From a virus: a stretch of DNA of 64,000 nt. The position numbers and the translations under genes are program-made. Position 1 is the stretch's first letter; the number at the start of each line of letters is the position of its first letter. The stretch covers positions 1-64,000 of the IMG/VR virus record IMGVR_UViG_3300013132_000040; one strand, 5' to 3'. Shown one piece after another: positions 39,573-49,379 of the stretch. The notes below the pieces were generated by a model, which worked only from the letters and a program-made list of their open reading frames with translations, had not been told where the DNA came from and made no database searches.

Positions 39573-39920
39573 ATGGCAGAGTCAGAAGAGTTCGATTCAA
39601 AATTCCAAGAAATTATAAGTCAAGAGAGTTTTGAAGAACCAAACTTACAAAAAATTGCATTACATGAAATATCGGATACGTTATCTAGTGTGACGTTCCT
39701 ATGTGCCCAGTTGTCTCACCTTATGAGCGAGGTGATTACAAGCATGGATGTTGAGTTAACGCCGGCTTTTATGGATTTACTGATGAATGTTAAGGCAACT
39801 TCCGATAAGTTTAATGACGATATACAGATAGACATAGTGTTTAATGACGACCTTGAAGATGAAGATGACGATGAAGATATTGAAGGCGAAGACGAAGAGG
39901 AATTTGACGAAGAAGACTGA
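39573..39920 (+). CDS. Small highly acidic protein
   Basis: Start reassigned to ATG 39573; C-terminal run DDLEDEDDDEDIEGEDEEEFDEED. Confidence 0.6.
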   Translation: MAESEEFDSKFQEIISQESFEEPNLQKIALHEISDTLSSVTFLCAQLSHLMSEVITSMDVELTPAFMDLLMNVKATSDKFNDDIQIDIVFNDDLEDEDDDEDIEGEDEEEFDEED

Positions 39921-40614
39921 TATTTTACCCGTGCTTTCAAACGGCTATGTTCGGTTGGTTGACACGATGGGCTCAGACCTATCTGTTGTGAACGCGGCTC
40001 GGGCGTCATACCAAAAGGAAAGCGGTGAACTTGACGATAAAGATATTCGTCTAATAAAATTCCTTGCGCGAGAAGGACATTGGTCTCCGTTTCGTCATGC
40101 TTTTATGACATTTGAGTTTAAAACGCCATTAATGGTTGCTAGGCAACACTGGAAATACGTTGTTGGTTCTGATCATACTATGGATTCCTGGAATGAATCC
40201 AGTAGGAGATATGTAACTAGCGATCCTGACTTTTACATACCATCCGGTGATCAGTGGAGATTGGCTCCCGAAAACCTTAAGCAGGGCTCTGGCGACTTTT
40301 TAGATGGTCAAACTGGATCTGTTTTATCGGCGAAGTTGATGGAAACAATAGAGCAATGCGTTTCAAATTATGAAATGGCCATGAACGAGATTGGTGTGGC
40401 ACCGGAGCAGGCAAGACTTTTCCTTCCTGCTTACAGTATGAATGTATTATATAGGTGGTCCTGTAGTTTGCAGTCGGTTGGGTTGTTCCTAAAGCAGCGC
40501 TTACATGATACAGCTCAGTATGAAATAAGCGAATATGCGAAAGCGGTTTTGCAGCTCATAGAACCATCTTTTCCGTATTCTATAAAAGCAATAATGGAGA
40601 ATCTAGATGGTTGA
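39904..40614 (+). CDS. thyX: Flavin-dependent thymidylate synthase
   Basis: GYVRLVDTMGSDLSVVNAARASY, EGHWSPFRH, WNESSRRY, PEQARLFLP, AQYEI; probable TTG start at 39904 after GAGG. Confidence 0.93.
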   Translation: MTKKTDILPVLSNGYVRLVDTMGSDLSVVNAARASYQKESGELDDKDIRLIKFLAREGHWSPFRHAFMTFEFKTPLMVARQHWKYVVGSDHTMDSWNESSRRYVTSDPDFYIPSGDQWRLAPENLKQGSGDFLDGQTGSVLSAKLMETIEQCVSNYEMAMNEIGVAPEQARLFLPAYSMNVLYRWSCSLQSVGLFLKQRLHDTAQYEISEYAKAVLQLIEPSFPYSIKAIMENLDG

Positions 40615-40777
40615 TGTACTTGGTTATTTTTTTGCTGCCTTTTTTGCTGTCTGGGGAGTTATCGTAATAGTTAACACCAAAGAAGTAGCTGACACGGTAA
40701 TGTTGAGGGTAATATCGTTATTTGTTGCAATATGCATGTTTGCCATGTCTGGAGCGGTATTAAATGCCATTATTTAG
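40607..40777 (+). CDS. 56 aa two-TM membrane protein (not in ORF track)
   Basis: MVDVLGYFFAAFFAVWGVIVIV..LRVISLFVAICMFAM..; GGAG RBS; fills the gap between thyX and the deaminase. Confidence 0.55.
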   Translation: MVDVLGYFFAAFFAVWGVIVIVNTKEVADTVMLRVISLFVAICMFAMSGAVLNAII

Positions 40778-41234
40778 TCGTAAAGACGTTCAGTTTATTA
40801 AACTTTGTGAAATTGGTTCATTTATTTTCTCTACTTGTGGTAAGAAAAAGTATATGGCAATTTTAACAGACGATGATTACCTCGTAGTCGGGTTTGGCTA
40901 CAACGGTGGTGCACCGGGTTCTGTCCACTGCGAAGACGGCGGATGCCCAAGGTTGGAACAAGGTTCGGAAAGCGGATCCGTATACGATAACTGTATAGCA
41001 GTCCACGCTGAACAAAATGCTTTTCTTCATTCGGATTATACTTCAAAACCAACAAAACTTTTTGTCAATGGCCCTCCATGCTTTACGTGTGCTAAAATTA
41101 TTGTTAATAGTTCTGTAAAAAAAGTTTTCTATATAAGAGACGAGTCTTACTCGCAATGGGCAGAGATATCAGGTTTTATGAATAGCCATGGTGTAGAGAC
41201 GCTAGGTTTTGCCAATGCCGGCCCAAAAAATTAA
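40764..41234 (+). CDS. dCMP deaminase
   Basis: STC..GYNG..HAEQNA..PPCFTCAK. Confidence 0.9.
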   Translation: MPLFSRKDVQFIKLCEIGSFIFSTCGKKKYMAILTDDDYLVVGFGYNGGAPGSVHCEDGGCPRLEQGSESGSVYDNCIAVHAEQNAFLHSDYTSKPTKLFVNGPPCFTCAKIIVNSSVKKVFYIRDESYSQWAEISGFMNSHGVETLGFANAGPKN

Positions 41235-41472
41235 TTATTTAGTGCTATATCCGCATGATGCGCAGGTATACGGATGTTCCAGTCGTGATATTGCTATGCA
41301 ATCTCCGCCACCAGAAGGTTTTACTATAGAAGATAAGCTTGTTTTTTTTGTATCAATGGAACCAGAAAATGGAAACTTAGTTTGGTATCAAATACCAAAA
41401 GAAGAAGTAGTGAACGCGGAGATCGTGTATCCAAAGTCGGCACAAAAAAAGAAAGAGAAAAATGCCAGCTAA
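41215..41472 (+). CDS. Hypothetical protein
   Basis: Coupled ORF in the operon; ATG start. Confidence 0.55.
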   Translation: MPAQKINYLVLYPHDAQVYGCSSRDIAMQSPPPEGFTIEDKLVFFVSMEPENGNLVWYQIPKEEVVNAEIVYPKSAQKKKEKNAS

Positions 41473-41683
41473 AGTAAAAATCAACTTAGAAAATGGTCAA
41501 TCATATGTGATTGCCGATATGAGCACTTGGGTTGACTTGTCTTATGCAATAAATTCAATGGCCGAACAGTGGCCAAAAGATGCTGAGGAATATTCATTGT
41601 GGATTAAATTTCTTGACCTCTTTGAATCCCAGTATTTAGGAAATCTTTTTGAAGAACCTTACGAAGATGATGGTTGGAGTTAG
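41462..41683 (+). CDS. Hypothetical protein
   Basis: Coupled ORF with an acidic end. Confidence 0.55.
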   Translation: MPAKVKINLENGQSYVIADMSTWVDLSYAINSMAEQWPKDAEEYSLWIKFLDLFESQYLGNLFEEPYEDDGWS

Positions 41684-41691
41684 GTTTTTTT

Positions 41692-42519
41692 ATGATTGAT
41701 TTGTGTATTGTTTCTTATAATACAAAAGACAAATTAAAAAGATTGATTGATACTTTAGCGTCTGATTATAAAGCAGACATGTTTAATCTTTATGTCCTTG
41801 ACAATAACTCTACGGATGGTTCGCAAGATTATTTGACAAGCGTTGTGAAGCCTTTGAATTGGCCGGGTGAAATTATATTAAGTTCTTTTAATTACGGCTA
41901 TTCTTTCGCGTGTAACCTTCTAGCTTCGCGCGGCAAAGCAAACTTAATAGGACTACTTAATGCTGACGTTTGGTTAAGGACGCAGGATATAAATACTATT
42001 GAGAGCAGGATTTACGAATTAGACGCAGATATATATGGACCAAAACAAAGAAATGAAATGGGGTATATAACGCATGCGGGAATATTTGGCAGCAATACCC
42101 ACCCACAACACCGGGGTTGGAAGGCGCCAGATCCAGAAGATAGGCTTTTTAGAGACACCTTAGACGCAGTTACAGTATCTGGATCCGCCTATTTCGTTAA
42201 GAGGACTGCATGGGAAAATCTGACTTACGATCCCGAGTATATTAACCTTTTGGGTCATTTAGTTGGTACGAACAAAATACCTTTGTGGTCTATTCTTTCT
42301 GATGGCGCATTTCTGCCGACACCTCACTACTATGAGGAAACTTGGTGCTCCTATTACGCAAGACATAGGGGTTATAGTGTTGTTTATGATGGCTATGTTT
42401 CTATAGGGCATAGCTGGCATGCGTCATCGGAGATTGGTGGGGAGCAAGATTCTAAGTTTAGTATTAGTCAGTCAATATTTAGGGAGTCCTGCGACTACAT
42501 GGGGATTCCAAGGGATTAA
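41692..42519 (+). CDS. GT2-like glycosyltransferase 1
   Basis: IVSYNT..DNNSTDGS..NYGYS.ACN..LLNAD..VSGSA..YEET. Confidence 0.85.
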   Translation: MIDLCIVSYNTKDKLKRLIDTLASDYKADMFNLYVLDNNSTDGSQDYLTSVVKPLNWPGEIILSSFNYGYSFACNLLASRGKANLIGLLNADVWLRTQDINTIESRIYELDADIYGPKQRNEMGYITHAGIFGSNTHPQHRGWKAPDPEDRLFRDTLDAVTVSGSAYFVKRTAWENLTYDPEYINLLGHLVGTNKIPLWSILSDGAFLPTPHYYEETWCSYYARHRGYSVVYDGYVSIGHSWHASSEIGGEQDSKFSISQSIFRESCDYMGIPRD

Positions 42520-42529
42520 GGTATTTATT

Positions 42530-43222
42530 ATGTTAATAGCCAATATGGTAGGCAAAAACGAGGCTGATAGATTTCTTGATGATGTGTTAAGGCATTTATC
42601 GGGTATTGTGGATCTTATAGTTTTCACCGATGATTGTTCAGAGGATGAAACGAAACAGATAGCATCTGGTTATGCAGAAACTTTTAGCACAGAAGAAAAT
42701 CTTTTTACTAAAGACGAAGGGCGCTTACGGACTATAGCTTGGTCAAATCTTTCGAAGTTTGCTAAACCTGGCGATTGGATTTTGGCTATTGACTGTGATG
42801 AAAAACTTTGGTCTACTGTTGAGAATTTTGACATGGTGTCTTTGCTTAACCAAAATAGATATGATGTAATTAATATTAAATTTTTCCATATGTGGAATGA
42901 AACGCAATATCGCGTAGATAAATTATGGGCACCGAATGATAGCTCTAGATTGTTTAGGTTTTACGATGGGGGTGTCTTTAATGATCGTAAGTTGGCGTGT
43001 GGTTCTGAACCGACTTATGTCAATTCTCTGATTCGTTCCGGAAGTTACTTGCGTGATAGCTCGCTCATTATGCAGCATCTTGGCTATGTTCGTGATGAAG
43101 ATAAAAAAATGAAATTTGATAGATACATGCAATTAGATGGTGGCGATTTTCACCAAAAGAGCCATATAGAGTCTATTGTCGACCCCGAACCGGTTTTGCT
43201 CGATTGGCGTATATATGCCTAA
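42530..43222 (+). CDS. GT2-like glycosyltransferase 2
   Basis: KNEA..TDDCSEDET..WILAIDCDE..RLF..HLGY. Confidence 0.85.
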   Translation: MLIANMVGKNEADRFLDDVLRHLSGIVDLIVFTDDCSEDETKQIASGYAETFSTEENLFTKDEGRLRTIAWSNLSKFAKPGDWILAIDCDEKLWSTVENFDMVSLLNQNRYDVINIKFFHMWNETQYRVDKLWAPNDSSRLFRFYDGGVFNDRKLACGSEPTYVNSLIRSGSYLRDSSLIMQHLGYVRDEDKKMKFDRYMQLDGGDFHQKSHIESIVDPEPVLLDWRIYA

Positions 43223-43892
43223 GGTTAGTGTTATATTGACCGTTTACAATAAGCCGCAGTGGTTGCGCCAATGTATCGATTCCGTATTGGCTCAGACATT
43301 TGATGATTGGGAATTAATTGTATTGGAAGATAATTCTCCAAATCAAGAAGTCAAAAATATCCTAGAACAATACAGTTCTAATGAAAAAATTAAAATATAT
43401 TATTCAGATGTAACAGAAGAAGATCGATACAAAACCGCAAGATACGCAACGCTCATAAATCATGGGGTAAGGAACATGTCATCTGGAGAATATATCAGTT
43501 ATTTAACAGATGATGATTTTTATTATCCCAATAGGCTTGAGAAGATGGCGAAAATGCTTGATATTACTGGTGTTCCAATCGTTTACGGAAATCAGCAGGT
43601 AGTGGATGCAGACGGTAATCCTAGCGGCATTAGAGAAACACAAGGTATTTTGGATTCAGCTTGGAATATAGTGGATCATAACTCTGTAATGCATCGTAGG
43701 GATGTTTTTTTTGAGGCTGAAGGTTGGCCAGACTCGCCAGATATTTGGGGAGGTGCAGACGCCCACTTTTGGGAAAGGGTGACTAGTCTAGGCCATAAGT
43801 TCTACCCCATAGAAGGGGCTCCACTGGATGCCAAAAGGTACCATACCGGCAGCGTACAGTGGCTTGTGCATAACGGTCAGTTCTTCCCATGA
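43215..43892 (+). CDS. GT2 (SpsA-like) glycosyltransferase 3
   Basis: PKVSVILTVYN..CIDSVLAQTF.DWELIVLEDNS..GEYISYLTDDD. Confidence 0.9.
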   Translation: MPKVSVILTVYNKPQWLRQCIDSVLAQTFDDWELIVLEDNSPNQEVKNILEQYSSNEKIKIYYSDVTEEDRYKTARYATLINHGVRNMSSGEYISYLTDDDFYYPNRLEKMAKMLDITGVPIVYGNQQVVDADGNPSGIRETQGILDSAWNIVDHNSVMHRRDVFFEAEGWPDSPDIWGGADAHFWERVTSLGHKFYPIEGAPLDAKRYHTGSVQWLVHNGQFFP

Positions 43893-44572
43893 CAACTACG
43901 CAATTCCCGGTACTCGTAACTTGCCGTGACAGGGTTAGTGACTTAAAGAACCTTATTTGTTGGTTTGAAAAAGTCGGATTAGAAAGAGTATATCTATTAG
44001 ATAATCACTCAACATATGAGCCGCTTTTGGATTTTTATGAGGAAACTTGGTGTCAAGTTTTAAAATTAGGGGATAATTTCGGCCACATTGCTGCCTGGAA
44101 AGCCAATATAGTACAGACTATATGCGCAGACGAACATTTTATTGTCACGGACCCTGACGTAATCCCGGTAGAAGAGTGTCCTGATGATGCTGTTGATTAT
44201 TTTTTTGACATTTTGAATAAAGAAAATGACATTACTAAAGCGGGATTTGGTTTGAGGATAGATGATTTACCAGATTCGTTTAGGTTTAAGAATGAAGTTA
44301 TACAATATGAAACACGTTTTTGGGACAAAAAGCACCATCCCGACTATAATCGCTCACCAATAGACACTACGTTCGCCTTGTATAAGCCAAATTCTACTCC
44401 AGATATAAGCTTCTCCATTAGGACTTGCTACCCATATGTCGCTAGGCATATGCCATGGTATGTTGATAGCCACAATTTAACCGAGGAAGAAACCTACTAT
44501 AGGGAACATGCAATTGACTCAATAACTTCTTGGAATAAAGACCATTTGCCACATTGGTGGTCTCCTTCATGA
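43889..44572 (+). CDS. GT-A glycosyltransferase 4
   Basis: LLDNHSTY..NFGH..VTDPD..IDTTFALY..RHMPWY. Confidence 0.75.
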   Translation: MTTTQFPVLVTCRDRVSDLKNLICWFEKVGLERVYLLDNHSTYEPLLDFYEETWCQVLKLGDNFGHIAAWKANIVQTICADEHFIVTDPDVIPVEECPDDAVDYFFDILNKENDITKAGFGLRIDDLPDSFRFKNEVIQYETRFWDKKHHPDYNRSPIDTTFALYKPNSTPDISFSIRTCYPYVARHMPWYVDSHNLTEEETYYREHAIDSITSWNKDHLPHWWSPS

Positions 44573-45240
44573 GTATTTATTGCGTAATTCCAACAATATG
44601 GAAAAATGATATGATTTACAATTTAGTGAATCAGCTGAATCAGCAGAATGAATTTATCAATTTATTTGTACTTGATAATATTGCTCTTGGTTCAAAACAT
44701 GTTGGTAGATTTGGTTCCGATAAAATATTTGAGATACCAACTAGTGGTCTCGGAATTTATGAGCAATGGAATCTCGGGGTAAAAGAATGCCTTAAAAACG
44801 ATGATTGCGAAAGTATTGTTATATTGAATGATGATATTGTTTTAAAATGTGATAACTTTTTAAGTAAACTAGTTCATCCATTTGAGGATCCTTTAATTTG
44901 GGCCTCGTGTGCAAATTACGACGATCGCGAATCGGACACTGAGTTTACTGGAGTATACGGAACCTACAAGGATAGAGGATTTGCAGGCTTTGCTTTCGGG
45001 GTTAAGGCGTCTGCTTATTCTGAGGGTTTAGCATTTTTTGATGAACAGTATAACTGGTGGTTTGGCGATGATGACTTTGTTCATACTGTACATTCGGCAG
45101 GTAAAGAAACCGTAATGTCAATTGCGGCCAAAGTGGAGCACGTAAACGGCGGATCCCAATCGACCTCTCAATATACGCCAGAGTTTAATTATTTAGTCGA
45201 AAAAGACAAGGCTTTGTATCTAAGGAAATGGCATGGATAA
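44569..45240 (+). CDS. GT2-like glycosyltransferase 5
   Basis: VIPT..VLDN..WNLG..ILNDDI..GFAF..FDE..WWFGDDD..H. Confidence 0.8.
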   Translation: MSIYCVIPTIWKNDMIYNLVNQLNQQNEFINLFVLDNIALGSKHVGRFGSDKIFEIPTSGLGIYEQWNLGVKECLKNDDCESIVILNDDIVLKCDNFLSKLVHPFEDPLIWASCANYDDRESDTEFTGVYGTYKDRGFAGFAFGVKASAYSEGLAFFDEQYNWWFGDDDFVHTVHSAGKETVMSIAAKVEHVNGGSQSTSQYTPEFNYLVEKDKALYLRKWHG

Positions 45241-45907
45241 TCGAATAATATTGGGGGTTATAGGCAACGGTCGTTCAGAATTATTGGACGGAACTATTCA
45301 AACCCTTTTGTCGAATGTAAATTGCGATTTTTACAAAAAGATAATGATCAATGATACGGGGAATCAAGATTATCATAATTATTTAACAGAAAACTATGGA
45401 GATATATTTGAAATCATATCACATAGCAGCAATCAGGGCTTATCGGGTTCTATCATGTCGTTGTGGGATAGGTCTTCTGATTATGGTTTTGATTATATTT
45501 TTCATGTCGAAGAAGATTTCTTATTTAATTTTCAAATAGATATTTTCGAACTAGTGTCTGTCTTGAACGCTGATCCTAATTTGGCTCAGATAGCTTTAAA
45601 AAGACAACCTGTTAACGATTTTGAGTCTTCAATAGGTGGGTTCATGAACGCAGATCCATCTAGTTACCAAAAACATTGTTTGGGTAATCTAAAATGGTTG
45701 TCACATAGAAACTTTTTTACACTCAATCCAAGCCTCTATCCTAGGTGGGTTGTTGAGGTGGGCTGGCAAAACGGTTGGGGAGAAAAAGAGTTTGCAGACT
45801 TACTTTTTTCTAATGAACAAATTGTTTGTGGATTTTTAGGAGACGTTGAAGACGAACCATTGGTTTTTCATACTGGAACTTACAGGGCGGCTAATTGGAT
45901 GCTATAA
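45233..45907 (+). CDS. GT-A glycosyltransferase 6
   Basis: INDTG..NQGL..YIFHVEEDF..FTLNPSL..E..HTG. Confidence 0.75.
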   Translation: MDNRIILGVIGNGRSELLDGTIQTLLSNVNCDFYKKIMINDTGNQDYHNYLTENYGDIFEIISHSSNQGLSGSIMSLWDRSSDYGFDYIFHVEEDFLFNFQIDIFELVSVLNADPNLAQIALKRQPVNDFESSIGGFMNADPSSYQKHCLGNLKWLSHRNFFTLNPSLYPRWVVEVGWQNGWGEKEFADLLFSNEQIVCGFLGDVEDEPLVFHTGTYRAANWML

Positions 45908-45908
45908 T
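45900..45908 (+). promoter_or_regulatory. Extended -10 promoter (TGcTATAAT), possible leaderless start at ATG 45916
   Basis: TGnTATAAT with 7 nt before the ATG. Confidence 0.5.
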
Positions 45909-45915
45909 ATAAGTA

Positions 45916-46542
45916 ATGTTTCGTAGTTTGGATAATTTTATGATTAAAAAACTTGTTATAGTGGGCGCAGGGTCTCATGGGTACGGAATACAAACCATAG
46001 TTCATGCCATTAACGAGAATCGCTACGAATGGGATTTATTAGGGTACTTAGATGATGATTCAAGTAAGGCCGGCGTTATAGGGCCTGTCAACTCTGATAT
46101 AAAAAGCTGCTACTATATAATTGGTGTTAATAATCCTAACTTAAAAAAAGCACTCCATAAAAATATTAGTTTAAAAAAAGCAGCAACTTTGATCCACCCA
46201 TCGGCGTTAATAGGGCCAAATATGACATTTGGTTATGGTATTGCTGTTTTTGCTGGTGCAATTTTTACTGGAAAATCCACCGTAGGAAATCATTCCCACG
46301 TGAATGTTGGTTCAACTATTAGTCAAGGTTCTAATATTGGTGAATATTGCAGTATCGGCCCAGGTTGCAATATAGCCGGGCAAGTAATCATTGGCAGCGG
46401 CACACTTGTCGGCACGGGTGCTTCAATAGTTAATCTAATAAAAATAGGTCAAGATTCAAAAATTGGTGCAGGTGCTGTCGTTATAAATAGTTTCCCAGAA
46501 GAGAATAAAACAATCGTTGGTGTCCCGGCAAGGTGCTTGTAG
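45916..46542 (+). CDS. NeuD/PglD-family sugar acetyltransferase (left-handed beta helix)
   Basis: LVIVGAGSHG..GYLDDD..ATLIHPSA..hexapeptide repeats..IGAGAVV..VGVPAR. Confidence 0.9.
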   Translation: MFRSLDNFMIKKLVIVGAGSHGYGIQTIVHAINENRYEWDLLGYLDDDSSKAGVIGPVNSDIKSCYYIIGVNNPNLKKALHKNISLKKAATLIHPSALIGPNMTFGYGIAVFAGAIFTGKSTVGNHSHVNVGSTISQGSNIGEYCSIGPGCNIAGQVIIGSGTLVGTGASIVNLIKIGQDSKIGAGAVVINSFPEENKTIVGVPARCL

Positions 46543-46543
46543 A

Positions 46544-47293
46544 GTGGGTAAAGTTTTTGGCATTTGCATGGTGAAAAACGAGGAAGATGTAATTGGTCAT
46601 ACTATCAATTATTTTTTGACTCAGGAATTTGATGGGTTTATTATCGCAGATAATTTATCTACAGATAATACTAGAAACATTCTGAATGAACTCGCTTTTA
46701 AAAATAGTTCTATTATTGTCGTAAACGATAACGAGGTAGGTTATTATCAGTCAAGAAAAATGACCGGTATAGCCAACATGGCTGCAGAATTTGGGGCAGA
46801 GTGGATAGTCCCTTTTGACGCAGACGAACTTTGGTATAGCACTACCGGAGCTACTGTGGGTTCGACATTGCGCTTAATGCGCGAAGACGTTGCCGTAGCA
46901 AAGGTGTGGGATCATATACCTCAGGAATCTGATCCAAATAATCCCAACCCGTTTAAATCTATTGTGCACAGGGAAAGGGAGCCGGAACTATGGCCTTGCG
47001 TAGCTTATCGCTATGAGATTGGCTCAATTTTACTTCAGGGGAACCATGATGTTATAAGATCTGGTGAAAGAAATTTTTCGGATATAGAAATTAGGCATTT
47101 TCAATACAGGTCATTTGATCAGTTTAAGAGAAAATTAATAAATGGCAGAAAAGCATACGAAGCTACAAATTTGCCCGAAACAGAAGGCACCCATTGGAGG
47201 CGTATGGGTGGCCTAGATGATAACGGTCTTTGGTTTGAGTGGCAAAAGTTAATCAACCAAGATTTAGTTTACGATCCAGCACCAATGTTGTAA
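46544..47293 (+). CDS. GT2-like glycosyltransferase 7
   Basis: MVKNEEDVI..ADNLSTDNT..WIVPFDADE..GNH..RHFQYRS. Confidence 0.85.
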   Translation: MGKVFGICMVKNEEDVIGHTINYFLTQEFDGFIIADNLSTDNTRNILNELAFKNSSIIVVNDNEVGYYQSRKMTGIANMAAEFGAEWIVPFDADELWYSTTGATVGSTLRLMREDVAVAKVWDHIPQESDPNNPNPFKSIVHREREPELWPCVAYRYEIGSILLQGNHDVIRSGERNFSDIEIRHFQYRSFDQFKRKLINGRKAYEATNLPETEGTHWRRMGGLDDNGLWFEWQKLINQDLVYDPAPML

Positions 47294-47302
47294 GGGGTAA
47301 AA

Positions 47303-47935
47303 ATGAGGGATGACGAGTACTGGAGAAAAGAAGCGGTATTAAAAGACATGCTTTTTGAATCAAATATGCCGTTGAGCGAAATAGCCAATAGACTCTATAT
47401 AACTAGGCCAGAGTTAAACGCCCTATTAAAAAAAACTGGCCTTTCTTGGGTTAAGAGAAATAATAGGAAACTTTCCAGGGGACATTCTGCCTTGACTCAG
47501 ATGATGCAACGTATACTTCCAAATGAGGAGATTGTAAACGAGTTTCATATCGGCGAACGATTAAGGCTGGATATATATTGCCCTTCATACAACTTGGCGG
47601 CAGAGTATCATGGTCGTCAGCATTTTTTCTTTTCAAGCCATTTTCATGATGATTTAGCCTCCTTTCACGAGTCGGTTGAAAGGGACAGAAAGAAAGAGGA
47701 AGTTTGCAGAGAAAATGGTATAGCTTTAGTCGTATTTAGATTTTCCGACGAGCTTAGTGAAGAGGCCGTATTTAGGAGAATGCTCGAAGCAATTAAGGCT
47801 ACGCCTAAGGTGGAAACTGTAAGAGATAAAAAAATTTATAAGGGTCATCATTATTACGAAAAAGTTAAAAAGCAAAATAAAGATTACAGAAAAGCAAAGT
47901 ATAGAGAGCTAAAGAAAAAAAATGGATTTAAATGA
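47303..47935 (+). CDS. HTH plus Vsr/DUF559-like endonuclease domain protein
   Basis: N-terminal LSEIANRL HTH; LRLDIY..LAAEYHGRQH..RDRKK..C..NGIALV. Confidence 0.7.
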   Translation: MRDDEYWRKEAVLKDMLFESNMPLSEIANRLYITRPELNALLKKTGLSWVKRNNRKLSRGHSALTQMMQRILPNEEIVNEFHIGERLRLDIYCPSYNLAAEYHGRQHFFFSSHFHDDLASFHESVERDRKKEEVCRENGIALVVFRFSDELSEEAVFRRMLEAIKATPKVETVRDKKIYKGHHYYEKVKKQNKDYRKAKYRELKKKNGFK

Positions 47936-49379
47936 AGAACTTGCGTACCCATTAGAGTACCAAGTATTTGGCCTTTCAATGAAAGAGCCAGGAGCTATTA
48001 GCTACTTTGTCGAACACCTTCCCGACGAAGCGGTAGGCTTACTTAATGGTGACACTGGTCTTTACGAGTTGTATATTGCGTTTAAGGATTTTTATGTTAA
48101 GACCAATTTAGACCCTGTTGATCCTATCGCTTTCCGCGCCTGGCTAGAATCTGAATCGGACATATGGGATGCGCTTGGGGGTATTGCTGGCGTTAATCTT
48201 TTAATAGAGTCTATTTTAACTATTGATCTATCAAACGCGCAGTCAATAACAAAAATACTAAAGCACAGAGCAAATAAGCGCCGACAAAAAAATATCTTCC
48301 AAGATCTTCAATTCCTTTTAAATAAAAAAGGTCATAAAACCGATGAGGAAATTGAGAAGATCAATACCTTAACGGAACAGATTAGGGCACTTGAAGGTGA
48401 CCTAGACTACGACCCTCTAGATAGGGTAACAACCGCGAAAGATATAGCAATGCGCGCTTCAATGCTCATGGAAGTGCCAGACTTCTTACCTACTCCATTT
48501 AAGATGTATAATAAAGCTCTAGGTTACACTGAAGATGGTGGCTACTTTAGGGGCGCGGTTCACGCTATTGTTGCTATGTCTGGTTTTGGTAAATCAACTT
48601 TTGCGAAAACCCTAGTTAACTATTGGGTTGATCAGGGCTATACTGCTTTGTATATTAATTTCGAAGAAGCTCAGACCCATTGGGAGAGAGTTTTAATGAG
48701 TCAAATTTTAGATGAGAACGTTTATGCCAATGCAGATCATTGGAGCCAAGAGGAGAAAAACGAGAGAGTTTTAAGATTTTCGGAAAAAATGAACGAATGG
48801 GGAGACCGCTTTATGGTTCGTCACGATCCGGACAGTTCGTATTACGATGACCTAGAACTTTGGCTGAAAGATATTATGGGGCATAATGAGAATCCTCCGG
48901 ATATCGTGGTGATAGATACTCTCCAATCAATGTACACGAAAGGTGGCGGTGGTGCAAGGTGGCAGGAATTTGAACGCATGATGGTGAGGTTAGAGAGGTT
49001 AGCGAAAGTAATGAATGCAGTTTTTATAGTGACTAGCCAACAAAACAGCAACGCGATCAAAGAGAAGCGCGACGTTATAGAGCAGTCTGATGTTGGTGGT
49101 TCTTTAGCCATTATACAGAAATCTTCAGTGGTCACATTTATAACGCAGAAAAAGCTTATCAGCAACGATGAATCTGAGGATGATTATTTAATGCAGCTCC
49201 AAATACCCAAAAATAGAATTACGGGTTCCACATTTAACTATGATCCACCTCTAGTTAGGTATGATGATAATAGTAAATCTTATAAGGACTTTGAAATGAC
49301 TTTCCAGGATATGCCAGATTATAATATCTCAGAGGTTTTGGCAACCGACATTTTTGGACTGGGAGATATTCATGCCTGA
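47922..49379 (+). CDS. dnaB: DnaB-like (SF4) replicative helicase
   Basis: Walker A AMSGFGKST, INFEE, Walker B IVVIDTLQ, TSQQN, KNR. Confidence 0.85.
   Translation: MDLNEELAYPLEYQVFGLSMKEPGAISYFVEHLPDEAVGLLNGDTGLYELYIAFKDFYVKTNLDPVDPIAFRAWLESESDIWDALGGIAGVNLLIESILTIDLSNAQSITKILKHRANKRRQKNIFQDLQFLLNKKGHKTDEEIEKINTLTEQIRALEGDLDYDPLDRVTTAKDIAMRASMLMEVPDFLPTPFKMYNKALGYTEDGGYFRGAVHAIVAMSGFGKSTFAKTLVNYWVDQGYTALYINFEEAQTHWERVLMSQILDENVYANADHWSQEEKNERVLRFSEKMNEWGDRFMVRHDPDSSYYDDLELWLKDIMGHNENPPDIVVIDTLQSMYTKGGGGARWQEFERMMVRLERLAKVMNAVFIVTSQQNSNAIKEKRDVIEQSDVGGSLAIIQKSSVVTFITQKKLISNDESEDDYLMQLQIPKNRITGSTFNYDPPLVRYDDNSKSYKDFEMTFQDMPDYNISEVLATDIFGLGDIHA

Noticed and set aside
39844-39903. K/M/T-rich N-terminal extension of ThyX
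   Set aside because: It is the alternative-frame reading of the upstream gene's D/E tail. Similar over-extended starts at 28631, 39480, 42419, 43176 and 61546 were also trimmed.
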